Shown piece after piece: positions 58,621 through 64,000 of a stretch of DNA of 64,000 nucleotides (its first letter is position 1; each line of letters starts with the position of its first letter). The notes below the pieces were generated by a model. It was not told the DNA's origin. It made no database searches and worked only from the letters and a program-made list of their open reading frames with translations. Both the position numbers and the translations under genes were made by a program. Source of the stretch: Felis catus (Eukaryota); the NCBI RefSeq assembly GCF_018350175.1, contig NC_058368.1, forward strand, positions 142,478,001 to 142,542,000. Reading direction: 5' to 3'.

Positions 58621-59406
58621 TGTATATTCTTAATTAAGGAGGAAGATACGAGCAAATTTTATGAAACTCTGCAAGCATAGCTAGGGAAAGAATGTGCACC
58701 CCAAAACTCAGAACACCAGAGATGGGGAATACCCACTGAAGATTGAAAAATGTTTTAGGTGTATATAAAAGCAATAATGAATAACACAATTGGCCGTAAA
58801 TGTAAGGCATATTATCACAAGAGCTAGTCTGGGTTAGAACTATCAACAAATTTAAGAAATATTAGGAAATTTAGGGATTAAAGACCTTCATCAGATTATT
58901 AAGGAAATCAGTGCTATTTCAGACGCATGCCCCAAATTTTGAGGTCGATTTCCTTGGAAGGGAATCGAGGTATTTCAGCCATTTTCCTTGGCATCATAGA
59001 TCAAAATATAATGTTATTAGAGTTTCCGTGTCCTTAGTTCTTTGGGGGTTTGTAGCTGTTACTTGCCAGTAGCCATATACCAGGACTTCACCTTCAGTTC
59101 TCTTTCTCCTGCTTACTAACTCTGACATTTTGGGCAAGTTATTTTACCTTTCTGGTCTTTGGTCTTCTCATCTTTAAAATTAAATATAAATAAATGTAAT
59201 ACCTAGCTTGGAATTATCATGAGAATGAACTGTGATCCTGTATGAATGTAACTGCCCGGAGGTGGACAAGTGCTTAGTGAATGCTTTGGACTCATGGCAT
59301 TTCAGGCTGGGTTCTGAGTAAACAGTATGTTCTACGTGTCTGCCCACACAAATAATTTCAGTTTATGCTGTACATATCAGCATGTCCACACTAAAAGTGT
59401 ATGGAC

Positions 59407-59573
59407 GGGACACCTGGGTGCCTCAGTCGGTTGGGCATCTGACTTCAGTTCAGGTCATGATCTCACAGTCAGTGAGTTGAGCCCTGCATAGGGCTCTGTG
59501 CTGACAGCTCAGAGCCTGGAGCCTGCTTTCGATTCTGTCTCTCTCTCTCTGTCTCTAACCCTCCCCTGCTCAT

Positions 59574-59607
<34 letters not shown>

Positions 59608-59637
59608 AAATAAACATTTAAAAAATTAAAAAAATAA
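59407..59637 (+). mobile_element. Can-SINE
   Basis: Head, (CT)n and tail; near-TSD aagtgtatgga/aagcatacatgga. Confidence 0.9.
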
Positions 59638-60568
59638 GCATACATGGAAAAGATAATGTATGAACACATTCATCCATTAGCAAATTCAAAACACAACTCA
59701 TTTATTCCTGAGTTTTAAAAACTCAGGTTCATGATAAATGTTCTTTTATTTAGCAGAAAAGTGACTTATTAAATGAGAAATGCTAAATGCCTGCGTTTGA
59801 GAATCCACCTCAACTAGATAAGCCTGAGGGTCAGCTGTGTCAACGCTGTGTCAAAGGCCGCCTTCTCTAACTCTTCTTTGGAAGCAGACCTTTTTCCAAA
59901 GACAGATAGGACCAGACCCTGCAGGTCCAGGTCCTGAGGAAAAGACATGACTTAGAAGCTTAGGCTGAGTGTCTGGCCGTACTCATGCCATGGAAGGCAT
60001 AATTAATTCTTTTCCATTCTGAAGACACATAGCCTCTCTGTCCCCAAATGCAACACTGTACTTTATATTCTATTCCCCCACAAGGTTCCAATGGAGAGCT
60101 AAATAACGTACATTTCTATGAAAACTTTCCCGGTGCTGTCAAAAATTCCATTGCACAAAAAGATTTTTTCATTCAATTCATAGGGGCTCCAAAAGGATTG
60201 CAAGTAACATACTCAAACTCAAGTGTCCTCTAAGCAAGTGAAAGGAGATGTTCGGATGCACGGACAAACCATTTTCCTGCAGCTGCTGAAATACCGTGGT
60301 GAATTCAGCATGTTAACCTGCTGTAGGGTGTGAAAGGTGTCAGGTGTGTGTTCTACCCTGGAAGTACATTAGTGCCGGTTGGAGACCAACAGAGTAGTTT
60401 GGTCTCCTTGGTACCAATTTCTTACATCTTTTATTTTCGTAGCACTTGGTTGCAATCTTTCCCAACTATCAGTTTATTCTTTCCCCTGTAATGTAAGGAA
60501 AAGGACGTTTTATAAAGGATACCATGACCTGAAAGTTTCCAACTCAATCTCTGATAAAAGTTCTCTTC

Positions 60569-60768
60569 GGGGCACCTGGGTGGTTCAGTGAGTTGAGCGT
60601 CTGACTTCGGCTCAGACCATGATCTCCCCATTCATGAGTTCCAGCCCTGCGTCAGGTTCGCTGCTGTCAGGGCAGAGCCGGCTTCGGATCCTCTGTCCCC
60701 GTTTCCCTCTGCCCCTCCCCCACTTGCGCCCTCTCTCTCAAACAAATAAATGTTAAAAAAAAAAAAAA
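60569..60768 (+). mobile_element. Can-SINE
   Basis: Near-TSD aaaagttctctt/aaaagttctttt. Confidence 0.9.
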
Positions 60769-61147
60769 GTTCTTTTCTAAAACTTTTACTGGTGGCAGAT
60801 ATGCCCATAACACTTTGCAGTTTACAGTGTTCGGGTTTCCTGAGCTTCCCATCAAACCTGTGAGAGAGGCACGGCAAGAATTCTTACCCCTGCTTTACAG
60901 ATTAGGAAACTGAGGTCAGCAGGTTTAGAAAGGAGGCAAAAAGACTTGTGGGTGGTCACTCCAAATAACTACAGATACCTTTTTTCAGTGATAAAACATC
61001 CTTTCCAGTTTCCTGTGGCTTTCTTGAGTTCTAAATTATTATGCAGAAGAAACCCCAAGGAAGCAAAGTCTGTAGTATATATATTCTCATGTGGTTAAAC
61101 CCTACTACAGCATACTTTTCCAAAGAAGGTACTTAGGATTATGAGTA

Positions 61148-61733
61148 CAGATGATCCTTGAACAACATGGGTTTCACCTGTGTGGGTCTGCTTATATGCA
61201 GGGTTTTTTTCAGTAAATGTACATACAGTGCTGCGAATGTATTTTCTCTTCCTTAGGATTAAAAAAAAATTTTTTTTTAATGTTTATTTATTTTTGAGAC
61301 AGAGAGAGACACAGCATGAGCAGGGAAGGGGGGCAGAGAGAGAGAGGGAGACACAGAATGTGAAGCACGCTCCAGGCTCTGGGCTGTCAGCACAGAGCCC
61401 AACGCAGGGCTCGAACTCACGAACTGTGAGATCGTGACCTGAGCCGAAGTAGGACGCTTAACCAACTGAGCCATCCAGGCACCCCTCCTTAGGATTTTCT
61501 TAACAACATTCTTTTTGCTAGCCTATTTTATTGTAAGAAAACAGCATATAGCACACATAACATACAAAATATGTGTTAACCAACTGTTTATATTATCAGC
61601 AAGGCTTCTGGTCAAGAGCAGAAGTGGTTATATTTGGGGCAGTTAAAAGTTATACGTGGATTTTTGACTGCGTGGGGCTGGTGGGGGGGGGTTGTTCTGC
61701 AGACCTATCTCTGTGTTGTTCAAGGGTCAAGTG
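61148..61733. mobile_element. Tigger2-family non-autonomous DNA transposon interrupted by a Can-SINE (-, ~61261-61485)
   Basis: Inverted termini cagatgatccttgaacaaca / tgttgttcaagggtcaagtg with TA on both flanks (61146-61147 and 61734-61735); SINE TSD tccttaggatt. Confidence 0.88.
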
Positions 61734-62029
61734 TAATTTATACTAATCATTTACTACATGCCAGGTTCTGTATTAAGCACTTGACAGGTTTTATCTCAAT
61801 TGATCCTCACAACATGCCTAAGCAGAGGCACCATTATGATCACCATTTCACAATTGGGAGAAATAGGCTTAGAGAGATGTAGTGACTTTTCCTGAATTAC
61901 AGAAGCAATACTGTCAACTTGGTCACTCCAGCACTCCTAAACAATGCTTTATACAAAGCTAATTCTCTGTCTGTGCTGATGACACAAAATCAAGGTCAAT
62001 TCAATTCAAAGATGAATAGTCATTGTGAA

Positions 62030-62645
62030 AAACTCCGGTACTACATTGCTGACATAAATGCGAAATGCAGAGCCACTTTGAAAAATAGCTGGTCAATGAA
62101 AGTAAACATACACTTAGCATATAACCACCTCACTCCTAGATATTTAACCAAAGAAATGAAAATGGGAATCTTCAGAGAAGAATTAGTCATAATAGCCCCA
62201 AACTGGAAACAACCCAAACGTCTGTTAACTGGTGAGTGGATACCTTGTGGACGTCCACACAGTGGAATACTACTCGGCAAGGGAGAGGAAAGCCTACCAA
62301 TAGATGCAGCAGTGTTGGACGTATCTCAGAAGCATTATGCTACATGAAAGAAGCCAGACACAAAAAGCTCCATTCTGTGTGATTCCTTTTACATGGAACT
62401 TTAGAAAGCTTGAAACTATACTGACAGAAAACAAATCAGTGCTTGGGGGTTGGGGTCGTTGGGGCTGGGAAAGGCAGAGGGAATGGACTCAACAGGGATT
62501 CAGGGAACATTTGAGGTAATGGAAATATTCTGCATCTTGATGGTTATAGCGGTCATGCGAATTTATGCATTTGCCAAAACTTATCCAACATTCTACTTTA
62601 AAAGGGTGGTTTTATTGTGTGTAAATTACACCTCAGTTTGTCTTA
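62030..62645 (+). mobile_element. Old L1 (L1MC/ME-like) 3' fragment
   Basis: 'cataatagccccaaactggaaacaacccaaacgtc', 'aagaagccagacacaaaaag' and 'gtgtaaattacacctca'. Confidence 0.8.
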
Positions 62646-62879
62646 CTTAAACGCAAATCTAGCATTAAAAATAGGCCCAGCTCTGCCCCTGCTGCTTTCC
62701 AAAATTATTTGATTATGGGCTGTTGTCACAGCAGGGTTATAGCAAGGTCATCACGGCATTTTTGTTCACTCATAAAGCAGCAACTAGCTTTCAACTCCCC
62801 TCATCCCTTCAGAAGAATACTACAACTCTCTTAATCTCTTCTTTTCGCAAATATTCTATGCAATCCCCTCAACGAAGAG

Positions 62880-63722
62880 CCAGGGCTACAGTTCAAAGCC
62901 AAAGCTATCTGCTGAAGGCTTCTCTCTTGCTTGGAGAAGGTCAGTGTTTCTGTTCCTTGTAGGCTTTCAACTGATTGGATGAGTCTCACCCATTATGGAG
63001 AGAATCTACTTAAGGTGCATTGATTGGTTGATTGATTTTTTAGAAAGAGAGAGTGCAAGTGGGCAAGAGAGGCCAAGGGAGAGGTGAGAATCTTTTAAAA
63101 AAAATTTTTTTAACGTTTATTTATTTTTGACAGAGAGAGAGACAGAACATGAGAGGGGGAGGGGCAGAGAGAGAGGGAGACACAGAATCGAAAGCAGGCT
63201 CCAGGCTCTGAGCTGTCAGCACAGAGCCCGACACAGGGCTCGAACTCACAGACTGTGATATCATGACCTGAGCCGAAGTCAGACGTTCAACCGACTGAGT
63301 CACCCAGGTGTCCCAAGAGGGAGAATCTTAAGCTGGTCCACAGTCACCACAGACCCCAACGCTGGACTTGATCCCATGACCCTGCAATCATGACCCAACC
63401 CGAAATCAAGAGTTGGATGCACAACCGCCTGAGCCACCCATGCATCCCTTAAGTACACTGATATAAAAGTTAGTTTCATTGAAGGGACACCTGGCTGGAT
63501 CAATCAGTGGAGTGTGCAACTCTTGATCTCAGGGTTGGGAATTCAAGTCCCCCAGGGGGTGTAGAGATGACTTAAAAAATATAATCTTTAAATAAATAAA
63601 TATTAATCTCATCCCAAAACACCCTCATAGAAATATCCACAACAATGGTGGACTGTGTATCTGAGCACTGTGACCCAGCCAAGATGACACAAAAAAATAA
63701 CACAAACACAAAATTAATCACA
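62880..63722 (-). mobile_element. MLT1D-like MaLR LTR interrupted by three Can-SINEs
   Basis: 'caactgattggatgagtctcacccattatggag...aatctcatcccaaaacaccctcatagaaatatcc...cccagccaagatgacaca...aaaattaatcaca'; SINEs at ~63035-63447 (containing a nested copy ~63095-63314) and ~63483-63600. Confidence 0.8.
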
Positions 63723-63796
63723 GTCTTCCTTTAGCTCTGTTCCTACTCCAATTTTTAAAGACAAGGAATAAAATTTCTGGCAATGAACTCCTCAAA

Positions 63797-63968
63797 ACAG
63801 TGTTTTCCAAACTTGGGTGATGATGATAATCCCTTGGAGAGGCTGATTAAAATTTCAGTTCCCCACCCCCTGCAGATTTTGCCTTAGGAGGTCTGGGGTG
63901 GGGTCTAGGACGCTGTGGTTTAAATAAACTTCCCAGGGATTATGATCAGGAAAATTTGGGCAATGACA
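63797..63968. mobile_element. MER5B-like fragment
   Basis: 'cagtgttttccaaactt...ggtctggggtggggtctagga...aaataaacttcccaggg...aaaatttggg'. Confidence 0.6.
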
Positions 63969-64000
63969 TTGCAAAACAAACCTACTTGTAACCAAGGTGC

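Noticed and set aside
61919..62650. ORFs with 'IIAPNWKQPK' and similar (also 46035-46553)
   Set aside because: Degenerate, frameshifted remnants of old L1 ORF2, not functional CDS.

Overview
Mammalian genomic DNA from a carnivore, most likely a felid, judged from about 36 tRNA-derived Can-SINEs of the SINEC_Fc type and a young carnivore L1 3' end. I can support no cellular protein-coding exon. The supplied ORFs arise from SINEs, microsatellites, LINE remnants or the GC-rich island. The main functional landmark is a CpG island at about 33.1-34.5 kb. It carries a GC box, a pyrimidine-rich initiator-like tract and an ATG-less first exon on the minus strand ending in a canonical CGG|GTGAGT donor at 33678/33677. 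Positions 1-33.6 kb therefore look like the large 5' intron region of a minus-strand gene that I cannot name, and they contain several candidate short cassette exons. Positions 35-64 kb look like upstream intergenic DNA. The remainder is layered transposable elements (SINEC, L1, L2, MIR, MaLR LTRs, a probable ERV solo LTR, MER5/MER20/Charlie hAT elements, Tigger elements), a U6 snRNA retropseudogene and microsatellites. The most unusual observations are a young L1 whose tail looks like serial 3' transduction, an unidentified poly(A)-tailed segment that may be a retrocopy, a strong SINE orientation bias only on the transcribed side of the island, and an E-box/ETS-AP1 enhancer candidate. I see no convincing novel multi-gene system. 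Repeat subfamily names come from recalled consensus similarity and boundaries of old repeats are approximate.
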